Positions 1 through 8,346 of a DNA stretch of 26,546 nt are shown one piece after another (the first letter of the stretch is position 1; every line of letters begins with the position of its first letter). The position numbers and the translations under genes are program-made. Under the pieces are notes generated by a model. The model saw nothing but the letters and a program-made list of their open reading frames with translations. It made no database searches and was not told the origin of the DNA. This stretch comes from Promethearchaeota archaeon (GTDB taxonomy: Archaea > Asgardarchaeota > Lokiarchaeia > Sigyniarchaeales > SOKP01): contig SHMW01000065.1 of the NCBI GenBank assembly GCA_008080735.1, positions 1 to 26,546 of the forward strand, in the 5' to 3' direction.

Positions 1-132
1 GGAACACAGACCATGACCATCCCGGGACAAGGAGGTATGGGTGGCTTCAAGATTATCTTGAAGAACTGTAAAGTTCATGCGGATGCTCTGATTATCAAAA
101 AGATAGATTCGAAAAAAAAGAAAAAGAAATAA
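1..132 (+). CDS. cdhC: 3' end (partial) of probable acetyl-CoA decarbonylase/synthase beta subunit
   Basis: Frame 1 reads GTQTMTIPGQGGMGGFKIILKNCKVHADALIIKKIDSKKKKKK* (TAA 130-132). This resembles the 'GGxKIILKNAKIxAEKxIIKK' tail I recall from archaeal CdhC. Only 43 aa are visible. Confidence 0.6.
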   Translation, partial: GTQTMTIPGQGGMGGFKIILKNCKVHADALIIKKIDSKKKKKK

Positions 133-138
133 CCTAAA

Positions 139-177
139 TTTTTTTATTTTTATTTTTCCATTTTTATCTGTTTTTTA
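139..177 (+). terminator. Oligo-T archaeal-type terminator
   Basis: Several T5-T7 runs immediately after the TAA at 132. Confidence 0.5.
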
Positions 178-384
178 AATTGAATATATAATTTCTCCTC
201 AATAAGAAAAAGAGTAGATCTATTAGCATCTATAATCAATTAAAGCGTGGGAGATGAATTAATCGTAATTGATTATCGCAGTATTCCTAATATATCAATT
301 TCATTTTTAAGTTCGGAATATGGACTTATGATGTAATAAATCGAATATTTAATTTAGTAATAAAGTAGAAATAGAGAGTAAAAA

Positions 385-846
385 TTAGATATAATATCCC
401 GTTTTATCCTCGCTCACATTATCGGTATCATCATCTTTGTCATCTCCACCTTTTCCACCGAAGAACTTTTTATAGAAATATTTGATGATATCTTCTGGAT
501 TACCATCTAAATCGAGGTCCTTCAGATCTTTTGGGTTAATCTTGATGATACCCCCTTGCTTCATCGGGATAATATTATTTTTAAATTTCTCCGCCATCTC
601 TTTCTGTTTCTTATCTCTGATACTCAGTTCTTTTTTCATAAGATCTTTCAGCTCGTTTGCGACAAGTTCATCTAATTCTTCTGGACTGAGCTCTAACAAC
701 TCCTCGGTACTAAAGGTTTTACCGATATTTCGAATAGCTCGAGTTCTTTTGTATTCGGGAATCTTATCAATCGAACTGAGACCTAGTTTTTCAAGAATAT
801 TAAGCCAATCTAATTGTACCGCCCAAATTGCGTGTTCATTTGTCAT
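385..846 (-). CDS. Hypothetical protein, helical and charged with acidic tail (153 aa)
   Basis: Natural composition and charged helical segment (EELLELSPEELDELVANELKDLMKKE). No recognised family. Confidence 0.75.
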   Translation of the reverse strand: MTNEHAIWAVQLDWLNILEKLGLSSIDKIPEYKRTRAIRNIGKTFSTEELLELSPEELDELVANELKDLMKKELSIRDKKQKEMAEKFKNNIIPMKQGGIIKINPKDLKDLDLDGNPEDIIKYFYKKFFGGKGGDDKDDDTDNVSEDKTGYYI

Positions 847-1177
847 TTTCTTTTAACTGTGGTAATACATATAGTAAAATTTTGTATATATGTTAAAGTT
901 TGTGATTTTACGCTTACTGTATAAATAACACGAATCCAACAATATAAATTTATATCTTTTAGGAAATAAATAATATCGTGGGTAGGTCTTCAAAAATTCT
1001 CATAAAAGTATATTTTTGGGTTATGTACTAAATCCCATAATATTTTACTTTTATGGTATAGGCGTTTCTTATATTAGTACAAAAATCGGACTATATAATT
1101 AATATAATAAGCCTTTTCTGATTTTTTCTATAATAATGGTAGTATTTCAACCGAAAAAGTAAATTTAGATTAAAACT

Positions 1178-1414
1178 ATGAAAGAAAATATAGCTCCCGA
1201 ACCCATACCCGAGGAGATTGCGATTCAAATATGCCAACAAATACGGGAAAATAATCAACACAAACGAATTTCCTTTTCCAAAATGCAGTGTTGGGGTTGT
1301 ATGAAATTTTCCGATTTTGAAAACCGTGGAAGTTGTATCTATGGGGATCCCGAAACACTTCGTGGATGTCAATTGGTAAATAAGGTTTTTGATACCATGG
1401 AAAAAAATGAATAG
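1178..1414 (+). CDS. Small Cys-rich, putative metal-binding protein (78 aa)
   Basis: ATG start; Cys at 19, 38, 41 (CWGC), 53 and 64. Confidence 0.7.
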   Translation: MKENIAPEPIPEEIAIQICQQIRENNQHKRISFSKMQCWGCMKFSDFENRGSCIYGDPETLRGCQLVNKVFDTMEKNE

Positions 1415-1425
1415 AAAGATGGGAT

Positions 1426-1668
1426 TTATTTATTCCATCCAAAGTAGTCTGAAAGCGCATTTCCGAAATCGTTAAGCGAACGATTCTGAATTTCTCCCCA
1501 TCGAATCTCCCCGAAATGTTCTAAGATATCCGTAAAATATATTCCAAGACCTCTAAAATGCTGTTCCAAAGATTCACTATATTCTTCTATGCAATAATTA
1601 TCAATTTCCGCGCCCAGATTCTTTCCAAAATCTTGGATAAAACCAATATCAGATATAGTCATATACAA
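1426..1668 (-). CDS. Small acidic/aromatic repeat protein A (paralog of 1829-2041)
   Basis: AGGTG SD-like motif upstream; start is TTG 1668 or ATG 1662. Gapless similarity to the neighbouring ORF and an internal duplication. Confidence 0.75.
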   Translation of the reverse strand: MYMTISDIGFIQDFGKNLGAEIDNYCIEEYSESLEQHFRGLGIYFTDILEHFGEIRWGEIQNRSLNDFGNALSDYFGWNK

Positions 1669-1828
1669 ATTTACACCTTTTTTTGAATTGGATTATAATT
1701 AGTTATACATATAGTGAAACTTGACCATAAAAAAGATTCTAGCCATATCTTAAAAAAAAATTCAAGAATTAGATTTAGAAATGAAAAAGATAGGGTAAAA
1801 AGTTTTTTAAAATATTAGTTCCAGAAAC

Positions 1829-2041
1829 TCATTCCATTGAGAAATAATCTTCAAATGAATGCTCAAAATCATCTGCAACCTTGTTATCAATTTCGGCAAA
1901 ATGATATTTCCCATGGAGATGTTTCTCTTCTTTAAAAAATTCATCTAAAGAATGCTCATAATCTATTGTACATAGATTGTTTTCCTCTCCAAATCTGATA
2001 AGTCCAAATTGAGACAGGAATTCCAATTGACTTTTAGACAT
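1829..2041 (-). CDS. Small acidic/aromatic repeat protein B (paralog of 1426-1668)
   Basis: GGTGA SD-like motif upstream of the ATG; two internal copies of F[GA]Ex[ND]NxxxxD[FY]EHS[LF]xx[FY]F. Confidence 0.75.
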   Translation of the reverse strand: MSKSQLEFLSQFGLIRFGEENNLCTIDYEHSLDEFFKEEKHLHGKYHFAEIDNKVADDFEHSFEDYFSME

Positions 2042-2401
2042 TTTTCGGTTTTTTCACCATTTTTTATATTTATTCAAAAGAGTATTTAATTAAACTCTCT
2101 TTTAACAAAAAAACCATCTTGGATATTTAAATGTTTTAAGATGACTAATATTTTGATCGTTCTTGTCGGAATATATACATCTATATATTAAAAAACTACG
2201 ATTTTTACCATATTGTGCATTTATAGTGATCACTATCGGTAATTCATACTAAGCACGTAAAACGCTGCTCGAGAAGTCAAAAAGTTGCTCTAATTAATAA
2301 TTAAGATGGGCAAGTTCAAGTCTTCAAGAAGATATTAAAATATAAAATCATATCTAGATTAGAATAATTAAAGTACCAGAAAAAAATCGATATGAAATCC
2401 T

Positions 2402-3568
2402 ATGTCTTATATGATCAAATTATTGAGCAACCTCCGTGTGAAGGAATTAAAGGATATATGTAAGACCTATGATATCAGTGGGTATTCCGGTCTTAAGAAA
2501 GCGGAGCTTATTTCTCTAATAGCACGTACTTTAACGGAAAATAATATTAAAGATATTCTAGCGCAAAAAGGATTGATTGATGGGGAGATTGAAAGTATCG
2601 AAGAGATAAAACCCATCGTAAAGACTGGACGGGAAGCCGAGACACGGAAATATATCAATTATCTCTTACACTCATTAAGTGTAAAGGAACTGAAGCAGGT
2701 TTGCCGTGATTTTCAATTATCCGGGTATTCAGGGTTAAAAAAAGCGGATTTGATTGATTTTATTCTTGATTCACTCGCAGAAGAAGAATATTATAGATTC
2801 CTTCACGAGCGAGAATTAGAAATCATTGGCAATGAAATCGAAACCGCTATTGGCAAGATTCAGGGAAAGGAACGGGAAACTATTTCAGATATCAGAATTG
2901 TAAATCCAGATTTAAATGAAATCGAGATCACCTTTAAAGGATTTAACTGGGAAACCGTATCGTTTCTCTCCATAACGGAAGATAATATTTCTAATCCAGA
3001 TCGCGACTGTGATTGTAGAACGGGAGCAAATATGGGTTTTTGTAGCCATTTTTGGGTGGGATTTATTTTCTCTCTCAAGGAAGGATATTTTTCCCTCTCG
3101 GATTGGAAATTGACACGTCTTCCCGAAAATTTTGAAAGCAAAATTAACTCAATTCAGATTAAAGCGTCTCCTCAAACACAGCAAGAAGAAGAGAAGGAAC
3201 TTATCCTCATCGACAAGAGCACGGATTCTGCGAAGATAATGGAGCATTTGGATTCACGAATTACGGTATATGAAGGAGATATCGCAGAGATAGAAGAGAA
3301 AGTGTCCGAATTTCAAGATATTATGACGACCTACTATATTTTACAACTCAAAAATGTGAAATTTGGTCCACAGCTAAAGAAAAAAAGTGATTATGATGAG
3401 AGTAAGCTTAACGAGCTTGATAGACTATTCGTGAGGGTTAGTGATAATGCTTACGATAAATTGCAACCTTCAGTAGGAGATAAAATTACTCTTAATGGCA
3501 CGGTAAACAAAGATAATTTCCTTAAGATGTTTATTCTCAAGCGTGCCACAAAAATCAAAAAGCTGTAG
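2402..3568 (+). CDS. Putative nucleic-acid-binding protein: two Rho_N/HEH repeats, SWIM zinc finger, C-terminal OB-like domain
   Basis: Two copies of LxVKELKx(I/V)C(K/R)x(Y/F)x(I/L)SGYSGLKKA(E/D)LI; CxCx8CxH (CDCRTGANMGFCSH, 3008-3049); C-terminal 'LFVRV...VGDKITLNGTV' OB-like pattern. Confidence 0.75.
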   Translation: MSYMIKLLSNLRVKELKDICKTYDISGYSGLKKAELISLIARTLTENNIKDILAQKGLIDGEIESIEEIKPIVKTGREAETRKYINYLLHSLSVKELKQVCRDFQLSGYSGLKKADLIDFILDSLAEEEYYRFLHERELEIIGNEIETAIGKIQGKERETISDIRIVNPDLNEIEITFKGFNWETVSFLSITEDNISNPDRDCDCRTGANMGFCSHFWVGFIFSLKEGYFSLSDWKLTRLPENFESKINSIQIKASPQTQQEEEKELILIDKSTDSAKIMEHLDSRITVYEGDIAEIEEKVSEFQDIMTTYYILQLKNVKFGPQLKKKSDYDESKLNELDRLFVRVSDNAYDKLQPSVGDKITLNGTVNKDNFLKMFILKRATKIKKL

Positions 3569-3667
3569 GTAAATAACCTAAAAAGCATAATGTTTTAAAT
3601 TTTTCTTAATATAGATTAAAATACCTAAATCAAATTATAATTGTATCAATTTCGTTAGGAGAGCTGT

Positions 3668-5041
3668 ATGGAACCGAATAGTTGCTTTATAAATGAAGAC
3701 AATGTAATTCTTTCGACTGATTTCTACCAGATCTCGATGTGTGCGGCGTATTTTCAATACAATCTGGAGAATGGTATTGCTGACCAAAATGATATCTCTA
3801 CTTTTGAACTTTTTGTACGGAACCTGCCCGACTATCGTAATTTCCTAATTTTCGCGGGTTTAGAACAAGTTATTCATTACATCCAAAACGCGCGTTTTAC
3901 ACCGAGGGTGATTGAATATCTAAAAGGTCGGCAGATGCTAAAAAACATCGATGAGAGCTTTTTTGATGAATATCTTCCTAATTTCAAATTTAACTTAGAT
4001 GTATGGGCAATGCCCGAAGGTACAGTATTCTTTCCTAACGAGCCACTCGTGAGGGTAACGGGACCCACATTTCATGCCCAACTCTTAGAAACATATATCC
4101 TAAGCGTAGTCAATTATCAGATAATTGTGGCATCAAAAGCGGCACGAATTCGGAAAGCGGCGCAAGATAAATTAGTATTGGAATTCGGAACTCGTAGGGC
4201 TCATAGCCCACAAGCGGGGATCTACGCTGCCAGAGCTAGTTATATAGGTGGGTTTGACGGGACAAGTAATGTAGTTTCCGATTTGGAGCTGGGAATTGAA
4301 GCTTCTGGTACGATGGCACATAGTTTTATCGAGAAATTCGGAGAGATGGAAAGTTTCGAGATTTTTTATAAGTATTATGGTGAGAACACGATCAATTTAA
4401 TTGATACCTATGATATTGCTGAGGGAACCTTAAAATCTACCAAGTTTGGAAATAATATCCTCGGAGTGAGAATTGATTCTGGGGATTTGATAAAAGAGAC
4501 AAAACGCGTGAGAAAGATTTTAGACGATAATGGATGCGATGAGGTCAAAATCGTCTTAAGTTCAAATCTCGATGAATATAAAATTGAGGAGATTTTAGGA
4601 AAGGGAGCTCCCGCTGATGCGTTCGGAGTAGGTACGGAATTAGTTACCTCGAGTGATGATCCGAAATTGAGCGCAGTATATAAGCTGATGGAGCATAATG
4701 GAGAGCCAAAAATTAAAATTAGTGAAGGAAAGAAGACTTATCCAGGCAGAAAACAACTCTATCGTAGATTTGATAGAAATGGAAAATATAAAGAAGATCT
4801 ACTCATGTTGGAAGATGAGGAGCCTCCAGAAAACGTTTACCCCCTTCTGGTGCCTATTATGAAAAATGGAAAGCTAATATATGATTTGCCGAGTTTGGAT
4901 GAAATAAGAGTATATTGTAAAGAGAACATCGAAAAATTGCCCGAAAAGTATAGGCAACTAAAACAGATTAAAGTTCAAAAGGTACATATCTCTGAAAAAT
5001 TAGAGCGTCTTATGGACTCGCTTATCTCGAAATATGAATAA
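3668..5041 (+). CDS. pncB: Nicotinate phosphoribosyltransferase
   Basis: TDFYQ, EFGTRRAH, GTSNV, GTMAHS, LIDTYD, GVRIDSGD, FGVGT and VYKL motifs; AGGAG SD upstream. Confidence 0.95.
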   Translation: MEPNSCFINEDNVILSTDFYQISMCAAYFQYNLENGIADQNDISTFELFVRNLPDYRNFLIFAGLEQVIHYIQNARFTPRVIEYLKGRQMLKNIDESFFDEYLPNFKFNLDVWAMPEGTVFFPNEPLVRVTGPTFHAQLLETYILSVVNYQIIVASKAARIRKAAQDKLVLEFGTRRAHSPQAGIYAARASYIGGFDGTSNVVSDLELGIEASGTMAHSFIEKFGEMESFEIFYKYYGENTINLIDTYDIAEGTLKSTKFGNNILGVRIDSGDLIKETKRVRKILDDNGCDEVKIVLSSNLDEYKIEEILGKGAPADAFGVGTELVTSSDDPKLSAVYKLMEHNGEPKIKISEGKKTYPGRKQLYRRFDRNGKYKEDLLMLEDEEPPENVYPLLVPIMKNGKLIYDLPSLDEIRVYCKENIEKLPEKYRQLKQIKVQKVHISEKLERLMDSLISKYE

Positions 5042-5323
5042 TCCTTCTTTAGCTTATTAAATATATTAGAAAAAGGAATAATTGCTTTTTTATATTTTTT
5101 TATAGGAATATCTAATAATCTAATATCAAAACTTATTTATGAGCCTGTAGAATAAGATTGATTTTTACAGGAATCTTGGAGATCCTTAAATCTCATTAAA
5201 AATAGTCTCTGAAATCTATTAAAATCCAATTCTTAAAATTTATATATTTTTAAACATATTTTCTTATTGAATAGCTATTCAAATAAGTATTCATAAAACT
5301 ACTTTCAATATGGTGGGAAAAAA

Positions 5324-5515
5324 TTGTTGAGTTATACGGAAATTATTAAGGAGGATCATTTCGATAAGGAAAATACGTGGAGGACCGATACAGAAGTGTC
5401 CAAGTTATGTTGGGGCTGTGAAAAGCCAAATGTATCGGGATATATGGCTTGGGACATAAATAAAGCCCGCATGATCTTTTTATGCGAAGATTGTTATAAA
5501 AAATTAGTAAAGTGA
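5324..5515 (+). CDS. Small CxxC...CxxC zinc-ribbon-like protein (63 aa)
   Basis: CWGC (29-32) and CEDC (54-57); GGTGG SD-like motif before the TTG start. Confidence 0.65.
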   Translation: MLSYTEIIKEDHFDKENTWRTDTEVSKLCWGCEKPNVSGYMAWDINKARMIFLCEDCYKKLVK

Positions 5516-5786
5516 AATTTATATCCAAATTAGCTATTACTAAATTTTTTCTTCTTTTTATTCTCATCTCTCAATTAGTATATAATTCCGAATTTTAATC
5601 TGATATTTTCTAATGGAGATAGGAAAGTAAAATGAATAGATTTGAATCGAGAGTCTAGATTATAATTATTTGCAATTAATAAAAAACAATAGCTTATCAT
5701 AATATTTTGGTTTTTCTAGGAAAAATCAAAATAGTAATTTTAATAGAATTTAGATTTAAAATAAGTTTTCCTTCTTAAAATGATAC

Positions 5787-6551
5787 TTAAGATGTTTCTT
5801 TAAAAAGTTCTGAAGCTTGCCTTAGACATTTATATTCTTGCCGTCTTTTCTTAGCATATTTACCTAAAACGGTATTCGGTAGGAATTTTTCGGGGATTTC
5901 CATTTCTATGGCTTCAAGCAAGTTGATTACATGCAAAGACGCAGAAGAATCGGCGATATCATCATGCGTAAGCATCACTGAAATAGGTTCTCGGCATTCA
6001 TGCCGAATATTTACACCATACGCTGTAATGGTTTCGGGTATTAATTTTTTTCCAATCAGATTATCCAAGGCTTCCTCAGAAGCTCCACAAGGACTTTCCA
6101 CGAGTAATTCTACGTTCTTTATAATAGGTGTTCCTCCTTGAGACATTTCTAATTCGATACTATAGGTGGGAAAGCCATAATTGCTAAAATAAGTATCTAC
6201 TTCTGGTATTCCTGTATTTGGGTGGACATTACACATCGCTTTGGGCATTACGATGCTTGGGTTTATCGATTCAACTTGTCGTAGAAAACCCTCTCCAAAA
6301 TCAACAGCAATAATGCTAGGTTTTTTAAATTCACAGATTCGCATTACCACATCAGGATGTCTCACATAGACAATAATTAGCTCTGCCCAGCTGATTTTCT
6401 CGATCAATTCAGTGCTAAGATTAACCTCGTCAATGAATAAACTGGGATTTCTCTTCCTGATAACTATAAAATGTGTTCTGGGAAATTTTTTGCGAATTGT
6501 TTTTGCTGCTCTATCTCCATATTTTCCATCGCTAATAACTAAGATTTTCAT
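5787..6551 (-). CDS. DUF166-family-like protein
   Basis: N-terminal ISDGKYGDRA, HPD, PxxMC, YGFP and SPCGAS, followed by a downstream C and H, as in archaeal DUF166 proteins. Confidence 0.75.
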   Translation of the reverse strand: MKILVISDGKYGDRAAKTIRKKFPRTHFIVIRKRNPSLFIDEVNLSTELIEKISWAELIIVYVRHPDVVMRICEFKKPSIIAVDFGEGFLRQVESINPSIVMPKAMCNVHPNTGIPEVDTYFSNYGFPTYSIELEMSQGGTPIIKNVELLVESPCGASEEALDNLIGKKLIPETITAYGVNIRHECREPISVMLTHDDIADSSASLHVINLLEAIEMEIPEKFLPNTVLGKYAKKRRQEYKCLRQASELFKETS

Positions 6552-6667
6552 AGAGTCTTTTATGAGTTTAGACAGATCCTAATCTATGTAGGTAAATTAA
6601 TTCAATTACTTAACTTTAATGAGTGGTAATCAAAAATAGGAAAAAAAAGAGCTCCTACATCTGAAGA

Positions 6668-7276
6668 TTATTCCGTTTTATATTTCATCGTGGTATAAAA
6701 TCCGAATAAGACTTTCGTGATTAAATCAAGTACTAAGTAAAATATTGCAGTCCAGAATGCATCTAAAATCATGAAGCCGGCAGGAGATAATAGCCAGAAA
6801 ACGGGAAATCCCGTCCAAAAAATCGCAACGAATAATACAATGAGTTTCTCATCAGAAGGCTTCTTGCTGATTAAAGCTAACACATATAAATACGCAAAGG
6901 AACTTAGAGAAAAGAATAACCATTTAGTTAGTTCTACAGTAATACTTGCAAATAATCCGGTTATCATCACCATCGAATTAAATACCAAAATCTCCAACAG
7001 AGTTTCTTTATCTAATCTTTTAATCTGAGATATCTCAACCATTAAGAAGGAACAACTCACTGCATAGAACCCCCATCGAGTCCAATAGATCAACTCACCA
7101 TTCGACGCAGGAAATACTAATAGTCCACTCGCCATAAGAATGTAGGAAGCAATGGTTACGAAGTTCACAATCATATTCAGCGATGCCACTCTTGCATTTC
7201 TTTTCTTTAGAATAAGAAACAACATTGTGGTGAGACTGAATATAATAATTCCGAGATAAAAAATAATTCGCTCCAT
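6668..7276 (-). CDS. Schizorhodopsin (microbial rhodopsin, predicted light-driven inward H+ pump)
   Basis: 202 aa with 7 hydrophobic segments. Helix C YWTRWGFYAVSCSFLMVE gives R67, F70, C75, E81; helix G LDLITK gives D184 and retinal-binding K188. These match the SzR signature residues. Confidence 0.93.
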   Translation of the reverse strand: MERIIFYLGIIIFSLTTMLFLILKKRNARVASLNMIVNFVTIASYILMASGLLVFPASNGELIYWTRWGFYAVSCSFLMVEISQIKRLDKETLLEILVFNSMVMITGLFASITVELTKWLFFSLSSFAYLYVLALISKKPSDEKLIVLFVAIFWTGFPVFWLLSPAGFMILDAFWTAIFYLVLDLITKVLFGFYTTMKYKTE

Positions 7277-7301
7277 TAATGCTTACAAGAATGTCCACAT
7301 A

Positions 7302-7309
7302 AATATAGT
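7302..7309 (-). promoter_or_regulatory. Putative TATA box of the schizorhodopsin gene (leaderless spacing)
   Basis: TATATTTA on the minus strand 26-33 nt upstream of ATG 7276; no SD motif seen. Confidence 0.4.
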
Positions 7310-7611
7310 TTTAGTTTTTGTCTAATAAAATGACAAGAGGAAATATTTTCGCAATATAATAATCTAAAGCATTGGATTTATGAAAAAAAAAAGTGGAAAA
7401 GAGAGACATTTTAAAGCGAACAGTAAAGTTCTAAATATCTATGATCATTTTTTGAAGAATTTATTCTTTTTTTTTACGGAATCCTCCAAGTAAACCGTAT
7501 GTTGCTTCAAAATGAATATCACTCTGACACATACCTCGTCTAAAACGCTGTTGGTTATTATTTATGGTATCTTACTATTAGATTTAAATATGTTTACCCC
7601 TATTCATTTAT

Positions 7612-8346
7612 ATGGTTGAGGAACAAATATTTCTAAATTTTATTGGAATGATTTTTGAAACGATTATAATCATTCTCTCCCTCATAATTTTAGTCCTTAT
7701 CTTGCTAAAATATCGTTCAAAACGACACAAATTAACGCTCCTTCTGTTCGCCATCTTTTTACTTTACTTTTTTGCGATTGTCTTTTCTTGGATCTCGAAA
7801 ATATTGGTAGTGATCGATTTTAATTATTCTCTCTTGGATCCCTTTAGTTTATGGTTTCTCTATAGACTTTCTGATTTTCGCCTGAGCGAATTTCTGGTAA
7901 CTATCGCGATTGCCTTATCATATATGCTAAAAGTGAGATTATTTCATGATGATTATAATCTAAGGCATAAATACGTGGTAATAGGTTATGGGGCATTTAC
8001 CGCTTTTTATACGCTGATACTTTATGAGAGAGGAAATACCTTCTTGGATATCATCGCGTTTTTTGCAGTCTTTGCCTATATGTTAATGATATATCTCCCC
8101 TTTTTGTTGCGATCTATAGAATTTTATAGAAATGTCGGACAAAAAGAATTTAAAATGGGTTTTTTGGGATTAGCAGTGATGTCTCTGGGATTCATTTTGA
8201 TTTTCCTCGGTTTTGCGATTGATAGAATTTTTATATTACTTGGAAGCTTGGGATTCACCTTCTTTTATTTTATGGCGTGGTCCTCGGGGATCATCGGAAT
8301 TTTCGGAGCCTATATGGGCTATATTCGACCTAAAACTTCAAAATAA
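7612..8346 (+). CDS. Polytopic membrane protein (about 7 TM), function unknown
   Basis: About seven hydrophobic segments separated by short basic loops; TTTAAATA at 7583-7590 upstream; no rhodopsin helix-G DxxxK motif. Confidence 0.75.
   Translation: MVEEQIFLNFIGMIFETIIIILSLIILVLILLKYRSKRHKLTLLLFAIFLLYFFAIVFSWISKILVVIDFNYSLLDPFSLWFLYRLSDFRLSEFLVTIAIALSYMLKVRLFHDDYNLRHKYVVIGYGAFTAFYTLILYERGNTFLDIIAFFAVFAYMLMIYLPFLLRSIEFYRNVGQKEFKMGFLGLAVMSLGFILIFLGFAIDRIFILLGSLGFTFFYFMAWSSGIIGIFGAYMGYIRPKTSK

Noticed and set aside
482-1460. ORFs 482-856(+), 1091-1372(-) and 1176-1460(-)
   Set aside because: Antisense shadows of better-supported genes, with unnatural composition.
5139-5175. ATGA followed by a hairpin as a possible SECIS element
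   Set aside because: The 3' GA is out of register with the stem, and no in-frame UGA selenoprotein candidate was seen nearby.
2258-7550. Shared 10-mer TAAAACGCTG in two intergenic regions, and CWGC shared by two small proteins
   Set aside because: Too short to distinguish from chance, with no flanking similarity.
6668-8346. Calling the rhodopsin a heliorhodopsin or bacteriorhodopsin, or the 244-aa protein a second opsin
   Set aside because: The F70/E81 and DxxxK pattern fits schizorhodopsin; the 244-aa protein lacks the helix-C RW/RY motif and the helix-G lysine.
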